From assembly GCF_001194135.2 (NCBI RefSeq), contig NC_068987.1:95566767-95630766 (forward strand): 64,000 nt of DNA, read 5' to 3'. Both the position numbers and the translations under genes were made by a program. Within the stretch, counting starts at the first letter, position 1. Each line of letters begins with the position of its first letter. Shown piece by piece: positions 24,435 through 36,036 of the stretch. The notes below the pieces were generated by a model. The model was given only the letters and a program-made list of their open reading frames with translations, was not told the DNA's origin and did no database searches. This DNA comes from Octopus bimaculoides (taxonomy: Eukaryota).

Positions 24435-24985
24435 TGTCAAGGTGAATTGGCAGAATCGTTAGCACTCCAGGCAAAATGCTTAGCTGCATTTCGTCCGTCT
24501 CCACGTTCTGAGTTCAAATTCAGCTGAGGTCGATTTTGCTTTTCATCCTTTCGGAGTCTATAAAATAAGTACCAACTGAGTTGAAAGGACTGTTAGTATC
24601 ATTGTCAAGGCGAGCTGGTTGAATCATAAGCATACCGGAAAAAATGCTTAACAATATTTCTTTCGGCTTTACGTTCTGAGTCACAAATGCCGCCAAGGTC
24701 GATTGTCATTCATCCTTGCGGTGTCGATGAAATGAAATACCAGTCAAGTACTGGGTTGATATAATCTTCTCTTAAAACTGCTAGCCTTGTGTCAAAATTA
24801 AAAAGAACTATCGGTGTTACTGTCAAGGGCAGCGGATTGACCGTCGAACAAAATACATTGTAGAATTTGTTCAGAATCTTTATGTTCTAAGCTCTAACCA
24901 CGCAGAGGTTAACTTCATCTTTTATCCGTTTGGTATCGATTAAATCGAGTACCAGTCAAGTACAGCGTTTAATGGTATCGACTAC
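24435..24985 (+). mobile_element. Three tandem SINE group A copies, variably degenerate
   Basis: Three repeats of gaatcgttagca..gttctgagttcaaat..ctttcatcc..gataaaataagtacca. Confidence 0.75.
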
Positions 24986-25444
24986 TTGATCGCTCAACCT
25001 GATAGGAATAGCAGCCAAATTTCCCCGCTGAAGAATCTTCTAAGTCTGTATATGAATATGGCTGGTACATGAAAATTAGTCCGGTATCAGACAAACGCAA
25101 CAAATCTAATCTGACAAGAGGCTAATTAATTCGTAATGAAAATATAAATTGGATTAAACCACTGAAACCAGAGAATTAATACGGAACCACCCATGTTTGA
25201 TGCGGATGAAACTGATCAGATATGATAAACATAAATTGAAGGAGAAAATTAGTAAAACTACTACTGACTGTTTGTCCTATCGTCATCATTCAAGCAATGT
25301 TGATAAACATTCCACAAATCTCGTGGAAATACCTGTCTTGTTTACACATCCCCTTAAAGTTGTCAAGTAGCATGATAACTGAAGTTACCAGATTTATGTT
25401 GTTATGATTATTTTTTTTTTTATAATATTGACACTTGGTAATAA

Positions 25445-25579
25445 GCGCAGGCATGGCTGCGTGACTATGAAGCTCGCTTTGCAACCACGTAGTTTCGAGT
25501 TCAGTGCCACTGCATACCACCTTGGGCAAGTAGCGTCGCCTTGTGGGTGAATTTGATCGACGGAATCTGTATGGAAGCC
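25445..25579 (+). mobile_element. SINE group B, 5' part running into a gap
   Basis: gcgcaggcatggctgcgtg..gagttcagtgccactgcataccaccttgggcaag. Confidence 0.75.
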
Positions 25580-26185
25580 NNNNNNNNNNNNNNNNNNNNN
25601 NNNNNNNNNNNNNNNNNNNNNNNNNNNNNNNNNNNNNNNNNNNNNNNNNNNNNNNNNNNNNNNNNNNNNNNNNNNNNNNNNNNNNNNNNNNNNNNNNNNN
25701 NNNNNNNNNNNNNNNNNNNNNNNNNNNNNNNNNNNNNNNNNNNNNNNNNNNNNNNNNNNNNNNNNNNNNNNNNNNNNNNNNNNNNNNNNNNNNNNNNNNN
25801 NNNNNNNNNNNNNNNNNNNNNNNNNNNNNNNNNNNNNNNNNNNNNNNNNNNNNNNNNNNNNNNNNNNNNNNNNNNNNNNNNNNNNNNNNNNNNNNNNNNN
25901 NNNNNNNNNNNNNNNNNNNNNNNNNNNNNNNNNNNNNNNNNNNNNNNNNNNNNNNNNNNNNNNNNNNNNNNNNNNNNNNNNNNNNNNNNNNNNNNNNNNN
26001 NNNNNNNNNNNNNNNNNNNNNNNNNNNNNNNNNNNNNNNNNNNNNNNNNNNNNNNNNNNNNNNNNNNNNNNNNNNNNNNNNNNNNNNNNNNNNNNNNNNN
26101 NNNNNNNNNNNNNNNNNNNNNNNNNNNNNNNNNNNNNNNNNNNNNNNNNNNNNNNNNNNNNNNNNNNNNNNNNNNNNNNNNNNNN

Positions 26186-26225
<40 letters not shown>

Positions 26226-26267
26226 GACGGGTTTCCATACAGATTCCGTCGATCAAATATATAAATG

Positions 26268-26520
26268 GGCCGAAGACAACAACATGCAATTTAATGCAGG
26301 CAAATTCCAAGCCCTCCGCTGCCGGGTAATTGGTGCCCAGAAGTCACAACAACGATACTTTGAACCAAAAAGAGCGGCAATTCTAGAATCACATACGGTG
26401 CATGATCTTGGGATTGATATGAGCAACGATGCCTGTCACCAAGATGATGGCAGTGTGTAAGCGAATAGCCGGATGGATTCTGAGAAGCTTCAGAACAAGG
26501 GACCAGGAAACTATGCATGG
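26268..26520 (+). mobile_element. CR1/L2-like LINE RT C-terminal fragment
   Basis: YKWAEDNNMQFNAGKFQALR..ILESHTVHDLGIDMSNDA..AGWILRSFRTRDQETM. Confidence 0.7.
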
Positions 26521-26646
26521 TGCTACGTAGAGGGACTGAACCCGGAACTGTGTGGTTTGGAAGCAAGTTTCTAACCACACAGCCACGCCCGCGCCTATGT
26601 GTACGCGCACTCGCACACACACACACACATGTATGTATATATATAA

Positions 26647-26717
<71 letters not shown>

Positions 26718-27294
26718 TCCACAAATCCGCTTGACAAGCGATGTTAATCTGTTTACGTCTTTCGTAACCTAGAGTTGTGTATACGATTTACTACATATGT
26801 AATATTTAAAATATTTAAATCATTAAATTATAAAAACTATTTACTGTAGTGTGTTAGGCTGCTACTTTTGAATCGCGGTCAGTTGACCTATTCCTTGAAT
26901 AAAACAAAAAACTAAAAGGCCTACAAAAGCCCACCAAACCTTCGAGCATTGTGCACATTGAAAAAAACCTTAAAACAAAAAAATAGCCCCGTTATCAAAT
27001 CACACTGTACACCGAACGTATTCCTTCAGTTCACTTCTGAACTATCATCTCCTGATTCTATAGCACAACTCACACATCACATAAGACGCTCAACCACCAT
27101 CTAACTTTAACTCACAGAACATGTATTTCACAAGCGAATCGCTAAATAACACCAGAGGCAACAAAGCAAATCACATGTAACGTACACCATTGCCCACCAA
27201 CGCAGTGGTAGAGAAGGATGAAGAACACGGAGGTTGAGGGTTACCTTGCGGTGCAAAAGAACCTTGCATGAAGCTACTGAAATTAATAGTAAAA

Positions 27295-27710
27295 AAAATT
27301 GTTTCAAATTTTGGCACAAAAGTAACAATTTTAGGGAAAGGGGATTAGTCGATTACATCAACTCCAGGACTTGACAGGTACTTTATTTTGTTGACCCCAG
27401 AAAGTTGATCTATGCAGTATTTGCGCTCAGAGTATAAAAATAAGAATTCAGAATTAAATACCATAAGGCATTTTATCTTATGCACTAACAATTCTACCAA
27501 TCCACCATACTAATTAATAACCTTTCTGCTCTAAGTAAAAGGCCTGAATTTCTTCTTAGGGTGGAGATCAAGTCGATTACATCGACCCCAGTAGGATGTG
27601 AGACTAAGTCGACTTCGGCAAAATTTGAACTCAGAGCATAAAGACAGACGAAATGCCTCTAAGCGTTTTGCCCGGCATGCTAACGAGTCTGCCAGTTCGA
27701 CGCCTTAACA
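27295..27710 (-). mobile_element. Two tandem SINE group A copies
   Basis: ttttggcacaa..gtcgattacatc..tactttattttgttgacccc; aagtcgacttcggcaaaatttgaactcagagc..gctaacgagtctgccagttcg. Confidence 0.8.
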
Positions 27711-27869
27711 ACGTTTATAATAGTGTTGATCACTCCCGTCGATTTCAACGAATGAGTGTATTTGAAGGAGAGGATTTAAAATTATTTTTAAAAAATAATA
27801 ATGAATTTTGAAAAACGAAAAAGAAGCGAGGAAAAGAAAAACAACTTTTAAAAAGAAAAGATCCAAAGA

Positions 27870-28575
27870 AACTGTATCTATTACGATGGATGCGTGAATT
27901 TAATTTGAGTTCAGGTATGGATTTTACTATGAAGTCACAATGGGGACAAAGTTGATTTTGATTTTGGGATTGGGGCAATGTATCTGTTGATTGCAGGATA
28001 TAATTCTTTTATTGTTCTTTTTTTTTTTCTCAACTGAAACTGTTTTGATGCATCATGACACATTTTACACCATGCAGATCAATCTAAGCAATGACTTTCC
28101 CAAGATGTCAAGTTAAGCTGTAGAGGGTTTTCTGATTGCTTCAACTTATCTTTATACCTAAGGACAGGTCATCCTTTACCACGATACCCATCTACTTGTT
28201 GCCCATACAAAAGAATTTTTGGAAACCGGTCATCTTTCATTCGAACATGTCCTTTCCATCTGCAATGAATTCTCAGCAGCACGCTTTGGATACTGGAGAT
28301 ACCACATTTTACTAAGGTTTTGGCATTTGATATCTTATTTTGCCATTTTATGTTGCAGATATTGCGCGGACAGCATATGTGAAAGGTTTCAATTTTCATA
28401 TAAGTCTGTAGTAAGGAGTCCATGCTTGTGTCCAATGCAAAAGTGTGCTCAAAATACAAGATTTGTATACACTTATTTTAGTTTTGAGACTGACACCCTG
28501 TTCATCGCACAAATGATGGGAAAGTTTTCCAAAAGCACTTATAGCCTTAGATATTCTAACATTGATTTCGTCATT

Positions 28576-28636
<61 letters not shown>

Positions 28637-29230
28637 GTGATGATGATGATGATGATGATGACGACGACGACGACGATGGTCACTGCGGTCACTGCCTGCT
28701 GAGACACTGTGTGATTGTAAGACCGAGCTGTTAACAGTAAGACACCAGTCGCAAACCGCTTACATTCATCTTTCCTGTTCCATATTTTCCTTTTACTTTT
28801 TACCACACTGCTTTTTTACCTATTCTGGCATTAAAATCGCCCATCAGTATGATTTTGTCATGAAATGGAATTTTACTGACAACCGAAAGTATAACCATTT
28901 CCAACTTCTAATTCACCAGCCTGGTTTCACTTAGAGCAGCAATATCAATATTATAGGAACCAATTATTTTTGCAATTAGTGCCATTTTTCATTCTAGACC
29001 TAGACTGTCTTTGCTGTCTTGTTAAGGTCTTACATTCCAACAACCAAAGATTAGCATGTTTCTTTTATTTTTTATTTTTATTTCGACTGCAATAAACTGG
29101 ATAACTAGACATTTACAGTTAATGCCAAGTTTATTGAAGGCTACACTTTTTTTAGAGTGCCTTTTATCACTCCGCCTCCGATATCGGAGAAGCAGTAATA
29201 CGCCTAGATAAGAGTGCTTACCACACAAAG
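27870..29230 (-). mobile_element. Internally deleted RTE-clade LINE (APE endonuclease start, RT C-terminus, C-terminal finger)
   Basis: LIFGCWNVR..IDIAALSETRL..ILMGDFNARIG (28800-29060); EINVRISKAISAFGKL..LKTKISVYKSCILSTLL..RWKGHVRMKDDRFPKILLYG (28170-28570); LCPHCDF (near 27940). Confidence 0.8.
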
Positions 29231-29545
29231 GCGGACATGAATCTTGTGGATATCTTCGGATTCTACCAAGAGACGGCCATCATCCTCTGTGCTACCTGTG
29301 TGTAAAATTCTGGCTAGGAAATTCCAGCAACACTCTTTACCTGTTCCCGTCGTTAGAGAACTTTTAACTCGCCTTCAAACTACCTCAATAATGAATTTGT
29401 TTAAAGTGGTACGGACTCGTGTCACCCGTCACGCTCTCTCGTTCAAATAACCTAGACTCCGGTGCATATTAATGCCACGTGGGAAAAAGGCTGTCTATTA
29501 GGTGTGGGGGCTTCATCTGTTATTAAAGCTTGTTATCGAGCCACC

Positions 29546-29594
<49 letters not shown>

Positions 29595-29597
<3 letters not shown>

Positions 29598-29660
29598 CAC
29601 TCAGACAAATACATAACCAAAACACCAGGACTTACAAATACATCCTAAATAAGACTACTA
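29595..29660 (+). mobile_element. Short R4/Dong-like fragment embedded in (AAT)n
   Basis: aaaacaccaggacttacaaata matches 44560-44590. Confidence 0.6.
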
Positions 29661-29738
<78 letters not shown>

Positions 29739-29754
29739 CAATTTCCGATTGCAG

Positions 29755-29910
29755 AAACTGCTTTAGAAAGTCATTGCGATTTTGAAGAGGGAAGGTGTGG
29801 TTGGCTGCAAGACCACACAGATGAGTTTGACTGGACAAGACATTCACTGGATACTGACACCAAATACACAGGACCTTCAAGTGACCACACATATGGAGAT
29901 TTAAGAGAAG
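29755..29910 (+). CDS. SR-C-like receptor, MAM domain exon 1
   Basis: Acceptor ccgattgcAG|, donor G|GTAAAT, 156 nt, phase 1-1. TALESHCDFEEGRCGWLQDHTDEFDWTRHSLDTDTKYTGPSSDHTYGDLRE carries the MAM hallmarks CDFE, CGW, FDW and TGPxxDHT. Confidence 0.93.
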
Positions 29911-30099
29911 GTAAATATGATCTTAAATTTTAATTATGTAATACAACTTATTAAAAATGATTATGTATTGTACTATATATTTAATGTTGCTGTACAATGT
30001 GTTGGTTAAAACAGAAATAACATCGTGGATCGACAACCAAAATCGCGATTTCAGTCTACCAGGATTTCATCAGCTTCGACATTTGTCACAATCATAAGT

Positions 30100-30690
30100 T
30101 CTCTTCTTGTAAAATTATACGCATCCTATAGACTTGCGGTCTTACCTTGATTTCACTCTTCCTACTCTTACAATTCTAACTCTTTCTACTCGCAGTTCCT
30201 ATGCCTTCATCGTCTTTGTATTTATGGTCACGATTTTCAAACCCAGTCTTACACAGTACTCTCCAATTTGTGCATCGAGATTATCACTAGACTATTGCTA
30301 ATAATGCTCTTCTCCACACCCATAGCGTTAATCGTACCTCTGAAATTACACCCGCATCTGCCATACCCTTGACCGTTTTCCCTTTTCCTCCATCACCCTT
30401 TACTTCAATACCTTATCTCTTCAATGATCTATCTTTCGCTCTTTCTGCCTACTCCGTTTACACCCTGTCATCTCCACCATATTCGTGAACGAGACTTCCT
30501 TTGCTTCAAACGAGCCCTTTATTTGCGGGACTTCTTACTTTACAGTTCTTCTAAGCCTCTTATACCCAACCCGGATCTTTCCCCTGCTCATGAGCCTGGT
30601 GTAGCACAAACTTTTACATCCAGAACACAACCCCGCTTCTTGAACCAAACCAATCGTCGCTTCCATGTCACCGACTATTTCGCATGCATC
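30100..30690 (+). mobile_element. Penelope-like element ORF fragment (region N-terminal to RT)
   Basis: LSL.FLPTP...IRERDFLCFKRALYLRDF...PNPDLSPAHE resembles the PLE GLxFxPTP..DxxxFxRxLxLRxFF..NLSxxE pattern. Left boundary uncertain. Confidence 0.55.
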
Positions 30691-32227
30691 ACAAACATCG
30701 CTATTTTCTATCTTAAATATCAGGTCTATGGTCTCCTATATATATACTATATATATANNNNNNNNNNNNNNNNNNNNNNNNNNNNNNNNNNNNNNNNNNN
30801 NNNNNNNNNNNNNNNNNNNNNNNNNNNNNNNNNNNNNNNNNNNNNNNNNNNNNNNNNNNNNNNNNNNNNNNNNNNNNNNNNNNNNNNNNNNNNNNNNNNN
30901 NNNNNNNNNNNNNNNNNNNNNNNNNNNNNNNNNNNNNNNNNNNNNNNNNNNNNNNNNNNNNNNNNNNNNNNNNNNNNNNNNNNNNNNNNNNNNNNNNNNN
31001 NNNNNNNNNNNNNNNNNNNNNNNNNNNNNNNNNNNNNNNNNNNNNNNNNNNNNNNNNNNNNNNNNNNNNNNNNNNNNNNNNNNNNNNNNNNNNNNNNNNN
31101 NNNNNNNNNNNNNNNNNNNNNNNNNNNNNNNNNNNNNNNNNNNNNNNNNNNNNNNNNNNNNNNNNNNNCCACTTCAGCACACTTACACGTGCTATTTTCC
31201 ATCCCCTGCATCTTGCTAACAAAAAGAACGAAGCCTCATCTTTCGCCTCGGCTACTTCGACCTTCGAATATAAACAGTGTGGTCACCCTACCACAGTGCA
31301 TTCCATCTCTCCATAAGTATCAAATCATAGTACACCATACTTTTACACTCTCATCGCACATACACCATCCCATCTATCCATATATATTAAACGTACCACA
31401 AATTACATAGGCACACTGATATATAATCTCACCTCAAATCTGCAAACTTCCCTTCAAACATTCCACCACACAATAAGACATGATACAAATACATTGTGCG
31501 TAGGTCTCCTTCTTTTCCTACATGCATATCCTACATATCCTACATGGCCACGAACATACCCACGAACACCGGTATCGTGAGCTCCCACTACACCTCTCAC
31601 TTTCTCTCCTTCGGTAGTTCCTCCCTCTTCATTCTTCTCACGTTCTCTCTTTCTCTCTTTTTTCTCTTCCCTCTCTCTCACTCTTCCCTTATATTCTCTC
31701 TCACTCCATCCCTCTTTCCCCATTTAACGTCACTGTGACCCAGACTGCGCCTCCACTTCTGGTCGTGTTATTCCAAGTACTGGTTTTTATTCTACTTGAA
31801 ACTTGCCCTGTGAACAGATATATTTTTGGTATCACATATTCTTTTCTCTTTCTTTTGCCCCTCAGTCCCCTCTTCAATTCTTTTTTCTTTTCTTTGATAA
31901 AGAGTATAACTCGAAACATCAAATTCTTTTTTGTTCTTCACTTGGTGCACTGAGCTTCATTGTACACTCCTTTGTTTTGTTTTATTTTCTATTTATATTT
32001 GTACACTTTTTAGGCACGTACCTTTGTTTGTATAACTTTGCGTAAAATGGTTTTGTTTGTTTGTTAGCTCTTTACCTCAACTTTCACTCATGTTATTTGT
32101 GTGATTTGTGTGCGTGTATGAGAATGTATGCATGTATGTATGTATGTATGTATGTATAGCACCAATTCACATAGTATTGTCACTGTTTCTGAAAGTATAT
32201 CAATTTAAGTAAAATTTTATTTCACAG

Positions 32228-32362
32228 GTTACTACATGTACATGGAAGCCTCTACTCGGAAAATTGACAGCAAAGCGAGATTATTGTCTCCTTTATTTGT
32301 AGAAACCAACTCTACAATGTGTTTTGAATTTTGGTACCATATGTGGTGCCAAGGAGCAAGAG
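32228..32362 (+). CDS. SR-C-like receptor, MAM domain exon 2
   Basis: Acceptor ttatttcacAG|, donor G|GTACAT, 135 nt, phase 1-1. GYYMYMEASTRKIDSKARLLSPLFVETNSTMCFEFWYHMWCQGAR carries GYYMYxEAS, ARLxSP and CxxFWYHM. Confidence 0.92.
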
Positions 32363-32644
32363 GTACATATTTACTTTATTTGTAATAACTTGTAATACTT
32401 GGTGAGTAGATTGGCGGGACCTGCTAGAGTGTCGGGTGGTATGTCTTGCGGTATTTGTCTCGGTTTTTTGTCAGCAATGCTTACAACGACACTGGTAACG
32501 CGAAGAGGGAAAACTTGTATGCATCGGCAATTGCCAGCCTTCTCCAAAGAAAAGACTTGCCTAAGCATGTACATACACATGTAGATGCATGGACAACGCT
32601 GACCGACGAACACATGCTTTATATATATATATATATATGCTGTG

Positions 32645-32985
32645 TGAAGGCGCATGGCTCAGTGGTTAAAGCGTCGAGCTTACGATCTTGAGGTCATGAG
32701 TTCGATTCCCGGACCAGGCTGCGCGTTGTTCTTGAGCAAGATACTTTATTTCACGTTGCTCCAGTTCACTCAGCTGCAGAAATGACTTGCAACGTCACTG
32801 ATGCCAAGCCGTATCGGCCTTTGCCTTTCCCTTGGAAAACATCAGTGGTATGGAGAGGGGAGGCTGATATGCATGGGTGACTGCTGGCCTTCCACAAGCA
32901 ACCTTGCCCGGACTTGTGCCTCAGAGGGTAACTTTCTAGGTACAATCCCATGGTCATTCATAACCGAAGAGGGTCTTCTCTTATA
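32645..32985 (+). mobile_element. SINE with group C head/CORE-like body and a distinct 3' tail
   Basis: ggcgcatggctcagtggttaaagc..gagttcgattccc..cttgagcaagatactttatttcacgttgctccagttcactcagctg followed by a different tail. Confidence 0.8.
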
Positions 32986-34110
32986 TGCTGTGTATGACAA
33001 AGGACTGGCAGATTTGATAGAGGATCGGACAAAATAACCAGCGGATATTATTTACGCCTCGTTATCTTCAGATTTCGAATCCTGGGATGATCAACTTTGC
33101 CCTTCATCCTTCTGGGGTTGATCTAAATCGAATATATCTTCTCTGAAAATATGAGACCTTGTGCTTATGTTAGAAATAAACCATGTCTGTTGGATATCTG
33201 CTACTGACTGCATGTTCATGTACGTCAATGGTTCTTAGATTGTTGGACATGGAGATATTACAGATGAAGTAACACATTTAATTGACAAACCGTTAAATAT
33301 AGTATTCGAAAATACACTTCATGAATTATAAAAGTAATTTTACGTGTAACAACGATAAATATTTAAAACAAGATTTAAATAATAGTTGCTCGTGTTCTTA
33401 CAAGATTATTTCCCTATAATCTCGCATTCTCAAATATATATAAAAAAAACTAAGCTTTATGATCCACGGAGTGAAAGGTTCACCTCTTGAACAATTGTTC
33501 TTAATACATATTATCTAAATGTAAACCAAATGCATCTAAATATACGCCAAATGATGCTCAAGGGATGTTTCTTAATATGGTACTGCTGCAATTCGATGAA
33601 ATATTGGCTAATTATACAGTTGTTGTGAGTTATACACAAAGCAATTATAAAAATCTATTGTATGTAGTATGTAAACGCAACTTACTTAGCACCAATTTAT
33701 ATATCTAATGCATATGTGAAATGTAAGGTTATACGTGCCAAAGAGGAAGACCCTATGTGATCATTCGACCTGCTAGATATAGCAGTCAAGCTCTCTGATA
33801 TCACTCTTGAAATCGTAAACATGGAGGGAAAAAAAGAGTAAATTGGAATGGTTGCAGCCAGAATGCTTTTGATAAGAGGTTTGCTCGTTCAAAGTTGCCT
33901 AAGGTTGAATAACTACATATACAGCTATTTAATACTGGCGGGTTTTATCAAGTTATTAAATATTAAATGTTAGCTTTTTAATCAAAGGTTCGGTATTCCA
34001 TCGACTCGGCCCTTTGTGATCCATCAAATTACATTAGATTATAAAATTTTGGTTTCAAGATTTATATTTTTGCTCATTTTCTTCCTCTTAACACTTGCAA
34101 TTTATTCCAG

Positions 34111-34253
34111 AACCTGGTTTTCTACAGATGTATTTGCGCCCAGTAAGTAAATACTTGAATCAGTCCAAGATTCTGTTTAATGAGACCGGTGATCATGGAA
34201 ATAAGTGGCACGAGGTAAAGATTCAACTGGAAAACATAACAGAATCGTTTCAG
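34111..34253 (+). CDS. SR-C-like receptor, MAM domain exon 3
   Basis: Acceptor tttattccAG|, donor CAG|GTAATA, 143 nt, phase 1-0. EPGFLQMYLRPVSKYLNQSKILFNETGDHGNKWHEVKIQLENITESFQ carries the GDxGNxW motif. Confidence 0.92.
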
Positions 34254-34515
34254 GTAATATAAAAATATTTATGCTCTTTTTGGCACTGTATCTTTTTCTT
34301 TTTCTCTTTTTTTTTTTAAATTTTTAATCGTTCCAGTTAATGACCATATTGGGGGCACTGCCTTTGAAGGGTCTTACTCCAGCAAATTTACTTTTTAAAG
34401 TCTGGTACTTATACTGTCGGCCTCTTTTACCGAATCGCTAAGTTACGGGGACGTAAATAAACTAATACCAGTTGTCAAGTGAAGGTGAGAGGTATCACAC
34501 GCGCGCGCACATATA

Positions 34516-34567
<52 letters not shown>

Positions 34568-34720
34568 TTATGAGCGATTGTGGTGTCAATTAGACCCAGA
34601 GGTTTCAGGTAATGCTGAGTAAGTGCTATGGATAGACCACAGTCAAGCTCCAGATTCGGTAGTTATGCGAATAAGGGGTCCAACGTAGGTCATATATCAG
34701 CGTGTGAATATAAGTATTTA

Positions 34721-34836
34721 CTTTTCGTAATGAGATAAAAGACCAAGGTTGTGTATAATATAGAACATTTATAAATAGAACATTATAAATGTTCTATATT
34801 ATACACAGCTTTGGTCTTTTATCTCATTACGAAAAG
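34721..34836. repeat. Near-perfect 54-bp inverted repeat (hairpin/MITE)
   Basis: Arms 34721-34774 and 34783-34836 with 2 mismatches; loop atagaaca. Confidence 0.9.
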
Positions 34837-35117
34837 AAAATCCCAATATATATATATATATATATGAACGATGGTCTTCTTTTAGTTTACGTTTACCAAA
34901 TTAACTCACAATACACTAGCCCAATGTACCACGCAGTGGGACTGAACCTGAAACCATGTGGTTGGAAAGCAGACTTTATATCGCACAGCCTTGCCTGAAC
35001 CTGATGGAAAATATTCTCTCCTCTTTTAAACATTTTGAATAAAATTTTTCCGACTCATAATTTACATGAAGTTTCAATTCTTCAGGTGACATACCTATTC
35101 CTATAAAATGGCACTCC

Positions 35118-35370
35118 GTTGGTCACGATGACGATGGTTCCAGCTGATTCGAACAACGGAATAGCCTGCTCGTGAAATTAGCGTGCAAAGGACTGAGCAC
35201 TTCACAGACACGCGTACCTTTAACGTAGCTTTCAGGGAGCTTCAGCATGAGACGGAATGTGACAAGGCTCACCCTTTGAAATACAGGTGCTAAAGAGACC
35301 GATAGAATAAGTACTAGGGTTACAAAGAATAAGTCTTGGGGATTTACACGACTAAAGGCAGTGCTTCAAG
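35118..35370. mobile_element. SINE group C 3' part (minus) joined to SINE group B 3' part (plus)
   Basis: ggcactccgttggtcacgatg..cagcctgctcgtgaaattagcg..caccctttgaaatacagg then gagaccgatagaataagtactaggg. Confidence 0.7.
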
Positions 35371-35951
35371 TTTTATTTCGTTATTTCGGATGAGGAAACC
35401 AGGTATTTTGTTTACTTAAATTCGCTGTGTAAATGCCCTCAGTTTATTATTTATACATACTGAAAATAAATTATATTGGACAACTTATTAAAACTTACTG
35501 AAGCTTCGAACTCATATGACTTATTTTCTTTCTGTCATTATCAAAGAATTTTCAAGTAAATTTGTCGCTATGGCTATTGGATACGCTATAAGTATTAAAA
35601 TATCTTTATGTGATCTTTGCTAATTTTTGGCACATTAAATGTAGATGGACTACCTTGACGTTTGCTTAAAAAGAGAGATTATGACTGTGATAAAATAATG
35701 AAAGTAATATTTACTAAGCAAGTGTGCACTATGATACACGAAAATAATTAAACTTAAAATATCATAAAAATTATAAGAATTGGGAATCAAATGTGGAAAT
35801 ATTATCGAGTGACTAGCAGAATACCGCCCGGAGGGCTGTCTTTCTGCTAGTATATATAATGTTGATATGTATTATATATGTATGTATGCATTTATGCATA
35901 TACGTATGTATTAATCACTCATGCATTTATGATATTTTGTCTTGTTAATAG

Positions 35952-36036
35952 ATTGTGATACAAGGAGTACGCAAAAAGAATTACCAAAATGACATTGCAA
36001 TTGATGACATTCGACTGTGGCGTGTTGCTTGCAATG
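35952..36036 (+). CDS. SR-C-like receptor, MAM domain exon 4
   Basis: Acceptor cttgttaatAG|, donor G|GTAAGT, 85 nt, phase 0-1. IVIQGVRKKNYQNDIAIDDIRLWRVACN carries the DIAIDDI motif and terminal MAM Cys. Confidence 0.92.
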
